Source: Kiritimatiellia bacterium (lineage in GTDB: Bacteria; Verrucomicrobiota; Kiritimatiellia; JAAZAB01). Taken from it: a stretch of 31,148 bases of DNA. The stretch spans positions 1 through 31,148 of the forward strand of contig JAXGPF010000022.1 of the NCBI GenBank assembly GCA_040767085.1, read 5' to 3'. Positions 16,350 through 26,641 of this stretch are shown one piece after another; within the stretch, counting starts at the first letter, position 1; each line of letters starts with the position of its first letter. Below the pieces are notes generated by a model. It saw only the letters and a list, made by a program, of their open reading frames with translations, was not told the origin of the DNA and ran no database searches. The position numbers and the translations under genes were made by a program.

Positions 16350-17297
16350 ATGATCGTCAACACCCGCGCCCTTTTCAAGCATGCTTACGGCAAATATGCC
16401 GTCGGCGCCTACAACATCAACAACCTGGAACAGACCATGGGGTTGTTCCGCGGCAATCTCAACAGCCGGGCCCCGTTCATCGTCCAGATTTCCAAGGGCG
16501 CCCGCTCCTACACCGACAAACGGATGCTGGAAGCCATGATCCGCACGGCGGATGAAATCTTTCCCGACTCCATTTTCGCCGTGCATCTGGACCACGGCGA
16601 CGAGGCGACCGCCATGGACTGCATCCAGAGCGGATTTTACAGTTCCGTGATGATTGACGCCAGCATGCATCCCTACGAGGAAAACATCGCCATCACCAAG
16701 CGCGTGGTCGCAGCCGCCCACGCCAAGGATATCGTGGTGGAGGCCGAACTCGGCCAACTGGGCGGCGTGGAAGAGCACATTTCCGTTTCCGAGGACCAGG
16801 TGCACCTGACCGACCCGGCCCAGGCGGCGGATTTCGTCAAACGCTCCGGCTGCGACAGTCTGGCCTGCGCCATCGGCACCAGCCACGGCGCCTATAAATT
16901 CGCCGGCAGCCAGGGGCTCCATTTCGAGATCATCGAAGCGATCCAGAAACTGCTGCCCGGTTTCCCGCTGGTCATGCACGGTTCCAGTTCCGTCCCGCCG
17001 GACGAGGTCCGCCGCATCAACGCCGCCGGCGGCAAACTGAAAGACGCCAAGGGCGTCAACCCGGAAGAATTCATCAAGGCGGCCAAGCTGGGCGTCACCA
17101 AGGTCAACATCGACACCGACGGCCGTCTGGTCTGGTGCCGCGTGCATCGCGAACAATTCCGCGATAACCCCGAGAATTTCGACCTGCGCCCGCCGGGCAA
17201 GGTTTTCATGGCCGAATTCGCCAAGTATATCGAGGAAAAGAACCGCTACCTCGGCAGCGCCGGCCAACTGGACGATGTGCGCAAGCGTGTCAACTAG
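16350..17297 (+). CDS. fba: Class II fructose-bisphosphate aldolase
   Basis: YAVGAYNINN, VHLDHG, SSVMIDAS, VEAELG.LGG.EE, AIGTSHGAYKF, LVMHGSS and KVNIDTDGRL motifs. SD AAGGA before ATG 16350. Confidence 0.95.
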   Translation: MIVNTRALFKHAYGKYAVGAYNINNLEQTMGLFRGNLNSRAPFIVQISKGARSYTDKRMLEAMIRTADEIFPDSIFAVHLDHGDEATAMDCIQSGFYSSVMIDASMHPYEENIAITKRVVAAAHAKDIVVEAELGQLGGVEEHISVSEDQVHLTDPAQAADFVKRSGCDSLACAIGTSHGAYKFAGSQGLHFEIIEAIQKLLPGFPLVMHGSSSVPPDEVRRINAAGGKLKDAKGVNPEEFIKAAKLGVTKVNIDTDGRLVWCRVHREQFRDNPENFDLRPPGKVFMAEFAKYIEEKNRYLGSAGQLDDVRKRVN

Positions 17298-17300
17298 CGC

Positions 17301-18620
17301 ATGAACCCAAGTTCATTTCTGGGGCGCAGTTTTAACTGCGAATGCGGGCGCGCGCACCGTGTGCCTTTGCGCGAGGTGATTTATGCGCCCAACGCCGCCG
17401 CACAGTTGCCGGCGGCGGTGCGCCGGCTGGCGCCGGGCGCCGGACGCATCACCCTGCTCGCCGACACGCGCACGCATGCCGCGGCCGGCCGCGCCTGCGG
17501 GGATGCCCTGCGCAACGGCGGCCTGGCCCTGCAGACACTGATTGTCCCCGACCCCGCCCCCGGCATATCGCCTGTCTGCGACGATCTCACGCTGCGGGAA
17601 TTGCAAGCCCGCATGCCGCCGGCCGATTTGCTGCTGGCCGCCGGCGCCGGCGTGATCAGCGACCTGACCAAGTGGCTGGCGCGCGAAAGCGGTCTACCGT
17701 ATATGACCTTCGCCACCGCCGCCTCGATGAACGGCTACGCCTCCAGCAATATCGCCCCGGCAATTGACGGCGTCAAACGCGTCGTGGAGGGCGTATCCCC
17801 CATCGCGGTTATCGCCGACCCGGCCATCCTGGCGGCGGCGCCGCGCGAGTTGACGGCCGCCGGGCTGGGCGACGTGCTCGCCAAACCGGTCAGTATCTGC
17901 GACTGGCAAATCAGCAACCTGCTTTTCGGAGAATACTACTGCCCGGTTTGCGCGCGGATGATCCGCGACCTGGAGCCGGGGTACCGCCGCCATCCCGCCG
18001 GGCTGGCCCGGGGCGACCCGGCGGCCATGGAGGCCCTGTTCCAGGCGTTGATCTATTCCGGGGTTTCCATGACCATGGCCGCCACCTCCTTCCCGGCTTC
18101 CGGCGGCGAGCACTTGATTTCCCACGCGCTGGACATGATCGCCATGGAACGCGGATTGCGGCATGATTACCATGGACGCCAGGTGGGGCTGGGCACGATT
18201 TTCGCCGCAGCCCTCTATCAGCGGCTGCTGGATTTGCCCGCGCCCGAATTCCGCGAGGCCGCCGAACCGACGGACGCCGCCTACTGGGGGCGCCTGGCGG
18301 CCGAGGTGGAAAACGAGCATGCGCGTAAACGGCGGCGGGCCGCCGCCGCGGCGGGCCGGCTGCGGACTGAACCGGAACTCTGGCCGCGCCTCCGCCGGAT
18401 CATCACCGATAATCATGTGGCGCCCGCGGAAATCAAGCAATGCCTCGCGGCAGCCGGCGCCGCCCACCGCGTGGAGGATATCGGCTGCACCCGGGCGCAT
18501 TTCATGGAGGCGGCCGTGCGCTGCCACCAATTACGCGAGCGTTACACCGTGATTGACCTGGCCCGCGCGGCCGGTATCCTGCCCGCGGCGGCGGCGGAAA
18601 TCGCGAATGAATTTCTCTGA
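17301..18620 (+). CDS. sn-glycerol-1-phosphate dehydrogenase-like protein (AraM/EgsA family)
   Basis: N-terminal CECGRAH, GAGVISDLTK, TAASMNGYAS, AGLGDVLAK, PASGGEHLISH, HGRQVG and RERYT motifs. Confidence 0.85.
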   Translation: MNPSSFLGRSFNCECGRAHRVPLREVIYAPNAAAQLPAAVRRLAPGAGRITLLADTRTHAAAGRACGDALRNGGLALQTLIVPDPAPGISPVCDDLTLRELQARMPPADLLLAAGAGVISDLTKWLARESGLPYMTFATAASMNGYASSNIAPAIDGVKRVVEGVSPIAVIADPAILAAAPRELTAAGLGDVLAKPVSICDWQISNLLFGEYYCPVCARMIRDLEPGYRRHPAGLARGDPAAMEALFQALIYSGVSMTMAATSFPASGGEHLISHALDMIAMERGLRHDYHGRQVGLGTIFAAALYQRLLDLPAPEFREAAEPTDAAYWGRLAAEVENEHARKRRRAAAAAGRLRTEPELWPRLRRIITDNHVAPAEIKQCLAAAGAAHRVEDIGCTRAHFMEAAVRCHQLRERYTVIDLARAAGILPAAAAEIANEFL

Positions 18621-18650
18621 CCGCCCAGCCGGACAAACCGGACTTGCGTC

Positions 18651-19523
18651 ATGGCGCTTGAATACATTGCCGCGCTGGCAACCACTCTGATCTGGGGAAT
18701 GGCCGTGGTGGTGGTCCGCGGCGTCCGCGCGCCCGGATATCTTGGCGTGGCTTGCAGCATGCCCGCCGGCATACTGATTCTACTGGCATTGCAGGTATTC
18801 CAAAGCGGAGCGATGGCGCCGGCCGCGGCCCTGTTTTCACGCCCCGGCTTATGGCTGGCGCTGGGCGGCATCTGCCAATTTCCGCTGGCCACGATTTTCT
18901 TTTATGAAGTCATCAAATCCGCGGAAATTTCCGTGGCGGTCCCGCTGACCCGCCTGAAAGCGGTCATGGTGGTGTTCCTGGCGTTTGCGCTCGGCATGGA
19001 AGCCGTCACCGGCCGGATTGCGCTGGCCAGCCTGCTGGCCGTGCTGGGGGCGGCGCTGCTGACCTGGCGGCCGCGCGGCGCGGCGGCGGGGAGCGCGGCC
19101 GCGCGGCGCGGCATCGTCTGCGCGCTGCTGGCCTCGCTCAGTTGGGCCCTGGGCGACATCTTCATGCGGCAGGCGCTGCAGACCATCGCAGCATTGCCGG
19201 CCACCATCATGGCGCTGGCATGGGGCGCGGCCGCGCATTTAACCGGACTGGGAATTGCCGGCCGCCTGGGCGCCGTCCGGCGTCTGGCTGCCGGCGACAT
19301 CCTGCGTTACACCGCGCATGGCGTCCTCAGTTTCGGCTGCGGATATTACCTGTTCTTTTACGCCATCCAGGGGTTGGGCGTCAGCCGGGCGGCCATCATC
19401 ACTTCCGCCTGGCCGCTGATTGCCTGCGCCGCGGGAATCGTTCTCTACCGCGAAGCCCTGACCTGGCGCAAAGCCGCCGGTATCGCCCTGATTGCCCTGA
19501 GCGTGGCGCTGGTAATGGTCTAG
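18651..19523 (+). CDS. DMT/EamA family transporter
   Basis: About 10 hydrophobic segments in two repeated halves, with E.VT.R and E.LTWRK..G motifs. Confidence 0.88.
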   Translation: MALEYIAALATTLIWGMAVVVVRGVRAPGYLGVACSMPAGILILLALQVFQSGAMAPAAALFSRPGLWLALGGICQFPLATIFFYEVIKSAEISVAVPLTRLKAVMVVFLAFALGMEAVTGRIALASLLAVLGAALLTWRPRGAAAGSAAARRGIVCALLASLSWALGDIFMRQALQTIAALPATIMALAWGAAAHLTGLGIAGRLGAVRRLAAGDILRYTAHGVLSFGCGYYLFFYAIQGLGVSRAAIITSAWPLIACAAGIVLYREALTWRKAAGIALIALSVALVMV

Positions 19524-19694
19524 CGCCGGGCTGCGCCATCCACGGCAGATTGACGCCGACGTTGTTGCCGGGTAATCGGCTTTGGCAATATCGTCATACA
19601 TCCATGCAGGCTGCAATATCAACTAAGGCAGGCATATGCGCCACGGAAATCCGGCACTCCGGCAGATGCCGCACAAATCCCAGGATGTCGAATA

Positions 19695-20951
19695 TCATAA
19701 AACATCCCAATATCCCGAGCGACGGCCTTGCCAATAAGCCCAAAGCCAGTTGGTTACGGCATCACCGCTGTAAAAACGTGTTTTATAACGCAATTCTGGA
19801 GGCCAGCGCTCCGGATCGTTCATATATGTGAAATCCTGGATATCTTGCGCGGCAAGTATTTTTTTTGCAACGGCAATGGCGGATGCAGGGTCGGCCAGAT
19901 ATCCGGCAGCCTGGACTCCCGCCCGGGCGATCATGCTACCCCATCCTGACGTAGCGCCGGTAACCTTGGCTGTGGCATCCCAACGCGCCCTTGGCCGGCG
20001 CGCCGCGCCAGTATCCATATCCACCAGCACATTAACATAATAAGCCCCATCTTCGCCGACAGCCATATGCCCTTGATCCCACATCATCCGCACCGAACCC
20101 CGCCAGCAATCGGCCCAACTATTTTCCGGATCATTGCGCAGCAGGTAATCCAACTCCATGATATCCATGGCAACAGCATCCGCCAGATTGGCAATCAGCC
20201 AGGCATGTTGTTCCTTCTCATAATCAGTAGTCTTGATTTCCCCGTTACGCTTGCGGAGCAGGCGCGACTCGCCGGGACGCCGGTTTACTCCGGCTCCCAG
20301 CAGTTTTTTGTATTCACCAAGCAAAAGCTCATCGCCGGAATGATTGAATGCCAGGATCAACAGGCTTGGAAACCGGGCCAGTGGCCATTGCATATCCGGC
20401 ACATGGAAATAAAGATAACGGTAGTCGCGTTTGACCCAGAAGTTGATCATGTACGCCAGCATCCGCGCGATTGCCGCGCGTTCAGGCGCATTGGCATGCG
20501 GCGCAAAGGCATCCAGCGCCAGCATGGCGTAAAGCACCTGGTCGGTGCTGGTCTGATTGGAGAACCGACCGCCGTATATCTTGGGAAAAAAGCCCTCCTC
20601 CAGTTGTTTCCCCATTTCGTAAATATGCGCCAAAGCCTGGAAACAGCGGCGGGCGCGCGCCAAAGCCGTAGTATCCCCCGTGACTTCATACCGGCAGACC
20701 AGCGCCTGCAGATAGGCGCCGGTGGTCATCCCGCAATTCTCGTAATTCCAGAAAGCCGCCGGTGAGACACCTGGGACGAATTTTTGCACATCAATTTCCG
20801 CATCAAAAAAAGAATCAGTCAACGGCCGGGCAGTCGCCTTGTCGAGTTCGGAATAAACCACTCCTTTCCTATCAATGAAACGATCTTCCGTCCAGGCCTC
20901 GATTTTCCGGGCGCGTTCTTCCATACCGTCAATTTTTGTTTCGTGCTTCAT
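19695..20951 (-). CDS. Hypothetical protein, possibly an (alpha/alpha)-barrel carbohydrate-active enzyme
   Basis: Long ORF at the end of the operon, helical and rich in aromatic residues (ENCGMTTGAYL, GFFPKIYGG, STDQ). The fold is an inference. GGAG lies upstream of ATG 20951. Confidence 0.7.
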   Translation of the reverse strand: MKHETKIDGMEERARKIEAWTEDRFIDRKGVVYSELDKATARPLTDSFFDAEIDVQKFVPGVSPAAFWNYENCGMTTGAYLQALVCRYEVTGDTTALARARRCFQALAHIYEMGKQLEEGFFPKIYGGRFSNQTSTDQVLYAMLALDAFAPHANAPERAAIARMLAYMINFWVKRDYRYLYFHVPDMQWPLARFPSLLILAFNHSGDELLLGEYKKLLGAGVNRRPGESRLLRKRNGEIKTTDYEKEQHAWLIANLADAVAMDIMELDYLLRNDPENSWADCWRGSVRMMWDQGHMAVGEDGAYYVNVLVDMDTGAARRPRARWDATAKVTGATSGWGSMIARAGVQAAGYLADPASAIAVAKKILAAQDIQDFTYMNDPERWPPELRYKTRFYSGDAVTNWLWAYWQGRRSGYWDVL

Positions 20952-20989
20952 CCAGACTTCGCTCCAAGTGTTTTTGCGGGCAGGCAAAG

Positions 20990-21658
20990 TTAAGCGCCTG
21001 AGACCCACACCCATGCCTGGCCATCAAAATCATAACGCTTAATAATTTTAGCGGGAACGCCGGCTGCCACACAATAATCCGGGATGTCCTTTTTCACCAC
21101 AGCGGCGGCGCCAATGACGCAATGTTTTCCGATCGCAACATTGGGCAACACACATACACGCTCACCGATCCATGTCTCATCGCCAATGCTTACAGGACCG
21201 GGGGTAATCAATGGCTGCTTTGATGGCGGTAGATCAATATTTTCATAGCCATGCAGGTTGTCGCTGATATAGACATTATCAGCAATCAATACATTGCGGC
21301 CGATCACCATATGCAAGCAGCAAAAAAGATGCACCCCGCGACCGATCCTTGTTCCATCGCCAATTTCCAAACGTGGGTTGAACTCTGCGCCGGCATATTT
21401 TTCGACGGCGCCCATCCACCCATTGGCGTAGATGGCAACGCGTCCGAAAAACATGGCCGCAGGATTTTCGCACCGAAACGGCGGAAAGATAAGGGATCCT
21501 TCCGCCAACTGGCCGAAGTCGTCTCGCGCCAGATTCGTAAATTTAACGGCATCCTGGCATTGGTCTTTCCAATACTGTTTTAAAAACTCGGATTTCAGAG
21601 TTGACGGCCTGGCCTGCCCGTATAATTTCATGTCAACGCCATTCATTTTCCAATCCAT
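20990..21658 (-). CDS. Hexapeptide-repeat (left-handed beta-helix) O-acetyltransferase
   Basis: LEIGDGTRIG, IGRNVLIADNVYISDNLH, PVSIGDETWIG and IGKHCVIGAAAVVKKDIPDYCVAAGVPAKIIK motifs. Start uncertain (21688, 21658 or 21631). Confidence 0.9.
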   Translation of the reverse strand: MDWKMNGVDMKLYGQARPSTLKSEFLKQYWKDQCQDAVKFTNLARDDFGQLAEGSLIFPPFRCENPAAMFFGRVAIYANGWMGAVEKYAGAEFNPRLEIGDGTRIGRGVHLFCCLHMVIGRNVLIADNVYISDNLHGYENIDLPPSKQPLITPGPVSIGDETWIGERVCVLPNVAIGKHCVIGAAAVVKKDIPDYCVAAGVPAKIIKRYDFDGQAWVWVSGA

Positions 21659-21684
21659 AATTCCCAATCCGCTGCCCGGAAAAA

Positions 21685-24117
21685 TCAACCCAGCGAAAAT
21701 TCATTGCGACCGTCCCCGGATAATCTCTGAGTTGCGCCCTGGTATTCAACCGTGCCGGAAATGCCCGGCGGCAGCAAGATGACGCCTTCGATTCGATTCG
21801 CCACCCGACGCGCCTCCATTTCAATTTGCCCAGCCGGATGCGGCATTCGGCCGCGCGCCATAGACAGAGGCCCTAGTTGTGGCCGGATATGCACGGTTTC
21901 AAATCCGAACGAAGCCGGTCGGATGCCGAGGATTAACGCAAAATAGTGATACAAAACATGCGCGCCCCATCCATGACAATCGGACCTGGTCGGCTCCGGC
22001 CATTCCGGCAGGGTTTTCAACCCGCTGCGCACCGCATCTTCCCACAACCCCAATCTGGCGAAAAACAAATCCATGCAGCCGACCAGACGGCAAGCCTCGA
22101 AATAATAATGGGTAAATGAAATTGTTGTCCGTCTTAAATATTTTTCTTTTATTAAAGCCTGGCCGGTCAATGCCAGCATCTTGTCATCCAGTTGTCCGCT
22201 CAGAATTGCCAGACATTGCGCATGCTCTGAATAATGATTTTTTTTCAAATCATCGGCAAACATGCCTCTGCGCTCATCCCAAAATGCTTCATGGACAATT
22301 TTTGCGTGTGCGGCGGAAATGGCGCGCATCCGGTCGGCGTAGGCGGCATCGCCAGCCATGGACTCCAATTCAGAAGCCAGGCGTGTTGCCAGCACATAAT
22401 GCCAGTTTAAAAGACTGCTTACGCCATGATCGCCGTCAGGCGGCACCCCGCTGCGCCAAGCCGGCACCCAATCGTAAAAATTCCAACCGAAATAATCCTT
22501 TGAAGTTCCATCGCCATTCTGTATCAAGCCATCGGCATTGCAATAACCCAACAGCCATTCGACAAGCATGCGGACAGCCGGTAATATTCCACGGATAAAC
22601 GCCATATCGCCGCGCCACATGGCAAAGTCATGCACCATGCCGATCCACCACAGCGAAAAAGAAGGAATCAACTGCCCTCCCCGGCATGGATAGCGCGACT
22701 GAGTTGCCCCGCACGGCAAACGGGAGTTGTAAAACACATTGATCGCCTTACGGGGCAAACGGTCATCGCCTGAAATCACATAGGTCGCCAGGGCCGCCAG
22801 GCGGGTATCACCGGAATACATCAACTGTTCGTAAAAAGGGCAGTCCAGGTACGTTTCATGCGCGCACATCTGCAAGGCTCGGACGGCGTTGGGAACAATA
22901 TTATTCCAGCGTTTGTCCGAGCATTCAATGCGAGCATCCATTTCAAGCGGATAACGGGTTTCCTGAAGATGCAACTCCATGATAGTTACCGGTTCCGCCC
23001 CTGTTTCAACCAGCAATTCAAGATAGCGGCCGGCGCGCCACCACAGCGGAGCAAACCGGCGCAATCCGCCGCCGTCCGGACAAAACACGTCGCCAGGGCC
23101 GGCGAAATACTTGTTTTCAATTTCGCCGCGATGTCCTTTGGCGCTGCGGCCGGTTGACGGCGGCGGCTCAACAAACAATGACTCCGCCCAGCTCAAACGC
23201 AGCCTGGCGCCAAGTCCTTTGCCTACAACCAACAGCGGATAGGCGCAGACATATTGCTCTAAATCTAATAGAATCCGTATGCGCCGGTGCGCCGGCACAT
23301 TGAACGGCTGCCTTTTCTCCAGCATGGATTGCCAGGCGAGCGTCAGTTCAACCTGATGATCGGCATTCCTGATGGGGGTTTTGCCGGGATCCGACTGCGC
23401 CGGCAAATCAGCCGCATGGCGCGCCCGCCCCGGGGGAAAAGCAATATCCAGCATGGGCGGCAGCGGGGCGGGATGCAGCAAGTGGCAAAGGGGATGGCAT
23501 TTCCTGCGCCGTCCGTCTGATCCCGCCTCTAAAACCGCAACTGGCGTCCATCCTTCGCCTGCGCCGGTTTCGAAATCCCAGTCATATTTCTCCCCGTCAA
23601 TTTCCTCCTGGGCGCCCGCAATCGCGGTCATGGGATTGATCGAAAATGCATATCCTCCAAGCCGTTTGGCCTCCCAACCGGCAAGGCCGGTGCTCAACAT
23701 GGGCAGAAATTCGCCTTCCGCGCCAAGGATGAATCCATGCTCAATTGACATCTGGGCATACGGCGCAAATTTGCCGAGCGTCCAGACGCGCGCCACAATC
23801 AGATGCCGCCCGGCCGTGAAATTCAATTCGTAAGTTTCAAAATACCAATGCGCTGGACTTCCGCGACCGCTGCCCCGGCCAATGCGGCAGCCATCAACAA
23901 AAAGATCATATCGTTCATCCGCGCTGACATGTGCCCGGATTTGGGCCGGCTCGACCAAATCAAACCGGAGTCGATACGCCGCCACAAAAGGCGGGGACGG
24001 GGGATCCGGAAGTGAAACCCAGGAGCAGGGCCAACGCCCTTGCGAATGCCATTTTACATTTTCCCCGTCTTCAAGATGCGCGTATGGATCATTTAACTGT
24101 AAAACCCGATTATGCAT
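21685..24117 (-). CDS. GH78-family alpha-L-rhamnosidase-like glycoside hydrolase
   Basis: HVSADERYDLFVDG N-terminal domain, DCPFYEQLMYSGD catalytic motif, T.PEWPEPTRSDCHGW and a C-terminal P.G.I beta domain. Confidence 0.88.
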   Translation of the reverse strand: MHNRVLQLNDPYAHLEDGENVKWHSQGRWPCSWVSLPDPPSPPFVAAYRLRFDLVEPAQIRAHVSADERYDLFVDGCRIGRGSGRGSPAHWYFETYELNFTAGRHLIVARVWTLGKFAPYAQMSIEHGFILGAEGEFLPMLSTGLAGWEAKRLGGYAFSINPMTAIAGAQEEIDGEKYDWDFETGAGEGWTPVAVLEAGSDGRRRKCHPLCHLLHPAPLPPMLDIAFPPGRARHAADLPAQSDPGKTPIRNADHQVELTLAWQSMLEKRQPFNVPAHRRIRILLDLEQYVCAYPLLVVGKGLGARLRLSWAESLFVEPPPSTGRSAKGHRGEIENKYFAGPGDVFCPDGGGLRRFAPLWWRAGRYLELLVETGAEPVTIMELHLQETRYPLEMDARIECSDKRWNNIVPNAVRALQMCAHETYLDCPFYEQLMYSGDTRLAALATYVISGDDRLPRKAINVFYNSRLPCGATQSRYPCRGGQLIPSFSLWWIGMVHDFAMWRGDMAFIRGILPAVRMLVEWLLGYCNADGLIQNGDGTSKDYFGWNFYDWVPAWRSGVPPDGDHGVSSLLNWHYVLATRLASELESMAGDAAYADRMRAISAAHAKIVHEAFWDERRGMFADDLKKNHYSEHAQCLAILSGQLDDKMLALTGQALIKEKYLRRTTISFTHYYFEACRLVGCMDLFFARLGLWEDAVRSGLKTLPEWPEPTRSDCHGWGAHVLYHYFALILGIRPASFGFETVHIRPQLGPLSMARGRMPHPAGQIEMEARRVANRIEGVILLPPGISGTVEYQGATQRLSGDGRNEFSLG

Positions 24118-26641
24118 TTTTGCCCTTAATACAAACACGCCATGCACCGCGGCGCTTGATGGTTGCGCCTGTCGGCAATGAAATTGAAGCCGCCATGCCT
24201 GCGGGTAAATTGCCCCAGATTTCCAAAGCATGGTTGATTCTCGCCCAGGCGATTGTGACTTTCCCGCGGCCGGTCATGACTCCGGCGGACACATGCTTGA
24301 GCAAATCCGTGCGCGGCCGCAATTCCACCACTTCGCGGTTCGCAGGAATCGGACCAATCCCCGCGACATGGCGCAGCATGAAATCCAGCGGCGCGCCGGA
24401 CCAGGGATGGCAATAAGAATCCATGGCGTCTCCCGCGAAGGTTTCCCATAAAGCGGTGGCGCCGGCGTCAATCATGCCCGACCATAGGCGTTCAACATGG
24501 CGCATGGCCCGGCGATGCATTCCATATGAATGCATCAGCGGCAGCATAAAAGACCAAAATGCCGGCCCGCTCCGGGCAATGTCACGATCATGCTCATTCA
24601 GAATCCGGCGCATAACCGGTTTGCCGCGGCTTTCATCCAACACGCGCGCCAACAAACACCAGGTGTTGGTTTGCTGGCTGATTTGCCTCAACTTCTTCCC
24701 GCGCCGGATGCCATCAACAAACACGCCGCGCCGGGCGTTAAAAAAGCGCCTGCATTGCTCTGCCAATACATCGGCCTTGACCCGATATCTTCCGGCGCCG
24801 GCGTTATCGCCGCGGATTGCCAGCATCTCCCCCAGAGCACGACATGCGATCGCCAGCAAGGCGTTCATGGCCGCATTCAATCCGCGCCGGTCCATGCCCG
24901 GCTCCCCGACATTGTGCCAGCCCATGCCGGGATGATCTATGAACACATTAAACGCCGGCCTGTCCAATGCGGCAAGCGCCGTGCCGGGATTGGCGACCCA
25001 CCTGACTTTCGCGCAATACTTGTGCCGCGAACGGCGCGCCTTATATTGCCTTTCCCAGTCGAACGCAAACATGCCTTCGTCGTTTTGCCATCGGCCAAAC
25101 CCGTCCACCAACCGCCGGCATGCCGGCAGAATCCGGCGGATGAGCGCCAAATCACCCGTCTCCAGCAGGTAATCCCGAGCGAATACGACCGCCAACAATT
25201 CGAGATCAAGCAATAGATTGGCCTGTCCTGAGAACACGCAGGTTTTCACGAGCCCGGATGCGCCTTGGACGGCAAATGTCTCGCGGATCAAATGCCGCCA
25301 ATAAGCATAATTACCCGTAAGCCGGCCAATCCAGGAAGCCGCCAGGTTGCCGTCAACAATATACGTTGCCTGCTCACGGGTGGGACAATCCATCAAACCC
25401 TCCTGCGTGCCGACACGCAAAGTCCTTGCGCATAAATTCCAAATGCCGTTCAACCTTTTATTTTCACACCGGAAAACCCCATTCCAAGTCAGCGCCGGCT
25501 CCGATGTCAACATGCCGAATTTACGGAAGCGCGCCTTTCCGGCAAATCCGCGCAATATCAGGCAAAGGTAACGTCCCGATGAAAATCCGACCGGCTGCCA
25601 GTTGTTTGTTCCCTGAACGGCTTCATAGCGATCCGCGTATGTATTCCCCTTGCGCAGGATTTGCGGGCGGCCATTTTGCATCAACTCAGCCCAACCTATA
25701 TCTATCGTCCCCGCGCTATCCGCTTCCATTTCAAACACAACACCGCCGGAATATTGCGCGCCAAGATCAAAGCATAATGCGATCTGATCCGAAGCCGTCA
25801 GACCGGACATTATAAAACCGCCGGTTGCCGGATCATATTTACCGGCAATCACCGCCGCTTTTCTCCGCATCCAGCGTTCCGCCATCAGAACTTCGCCGAA
25901 TGCCGCCGATGAAAGCCGCGGCGACAGTTGGAACCTGCCGCCGGCGCCGTCAACCGCAAATATTCCCGTGAGTCGGCCGGCCGACGCAAATTTAAACCGC
26001 AGTCCGGGCAATTGCGGGTCAATATATACGCCGTGATAGCCGCGTCTGAATGCCGGATGCTCAGCCGATGCGGACCATCGGCGATCATCATAATCCGTAT
26101 GGTTCCATCCGGCCGGACAACGTCCGGCGTCGAAATGTTCGATAAAGCCCAACGCCCATGACCGGCGTGGAGTGCCCGATAGCCAACCAGTCTGATCAGT
26201 GGCGCGCCAGGAAGAATCAGAAATAATCACCCGTTTCCGATTGTTTTTAAAATGCATATCCAACCGCACCACAAGTCCCGGACAAGATGATGCTGTGTAA
26301 TTATGGAGGGAAATGCCGGGTGAATGCGCCAGCGCCGCCAAAACATTGCGCCCGGAGCGCAACCATGGCAGCACATCGTAAAACTGAACCGGCCGGCGAT
26401 GCGGATGAAAATAAGTCGGCCCGCGCCCCAGATAGCGGCCATTCGCCCACAAATGATACACGGCATCGGCAAATATGGCCAACTCCGCGGATTGCAGGCC
26501 ATCCGCGTCCCGAACAATAAACGCCTTGCGAAAAAGACGCGTGGAATTTGTGTCCGAATCCGAACCAAGCCAGATACGCGGAACGCCGCGCAATCTTGCG
26601 GAACGGTCTATATCCAATTCATCGGAAGCGTTACGGCTCAT
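24110..26641 (-). CDS. Second GH78-family alpha-L-rhamnosidase-like hydrolase
   Basis: IFADAVYHLWANGRYLGRGP, DCPTREQATY..D and GATALWETF...SYCHPWS motifs. Overlaps both neighbours by a few bases. Confidence 0.86.
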   Translation of the reverse strand: MSRNASDELDIDRSARLRGVPRIWLGSDSDTNSTRLFRKAFIVRDADGLQSAELAIFADAVYHLWANGRYLGRGPTYFHPHRRPVQFYDVLPWLRSGRNVLAALAHSPGISLHNYTASSCPGLVVRLDMHFKNNRKRVIISDSSWRATDQTGWLSGTPRRSWALGFIEHFDAGRCPAGWNHTDYDDRRWSASAEHPAFRRGYHGVYIDPQLPGLRFKFASAGRLTGIFAVDGAGGRFQLSPRLSSAAFGEVLMAERWMRRKAAVIAGKYDPATGGFIMSGLTASDQIALCFDLGAQYSGGVVFEMEADSAGTIDIGWAELMQNGRPQILRKGNTYADRYEAVQGTNNWQPVGFSSGRYLCLILRGFAGKARFRKFGMLTSEPALTWNGVFRCENKRLNGIWNLCARTLRVGTQEGLMDCPTREQATYIVDGNLAASWIGRLTGNYAYWRHLIRETFAVQGASGLVKTCVFSGQANLLLDLELLAVVFARDYLLETGDLALIRRILPACRRLVDGFGRWQNDEGMFAFDWERQYKARRSRHKYCAKVRWVANPGTALAALDRPAFNVFIDHPGMGWHNVGEPGMDRRGLNAAMNALLAIACRALGEMLAIRGDNAGAGRYRVKADVLAEQCRRFFNARRGVFVDGIRRGKKLRQISQQTNTWCLLARVLDESRGKPVMRRILNEHDRDIARSGPAFWSFMLPLMHSYGMHRRAMRHVERLWSGMIDAGATALWETFAGDAMDSYCHPWSGAPLDFMLRHVAGIGPIPANREVVELRPRTDLLKHVSAGVMTGRGKVTIAWARINHALEIWGNLPAGMAASISLPTGATIKRRGAWRVCIKGKNA

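Noticed and set aside
3229-17267. Long antisense ORFs such as 3229..4449, 9573..10406, 12200..13357 and 16293..17267
   Set aside because: They are shadow ORFs opposite well-supported genes, as expected in high-GC DNA.
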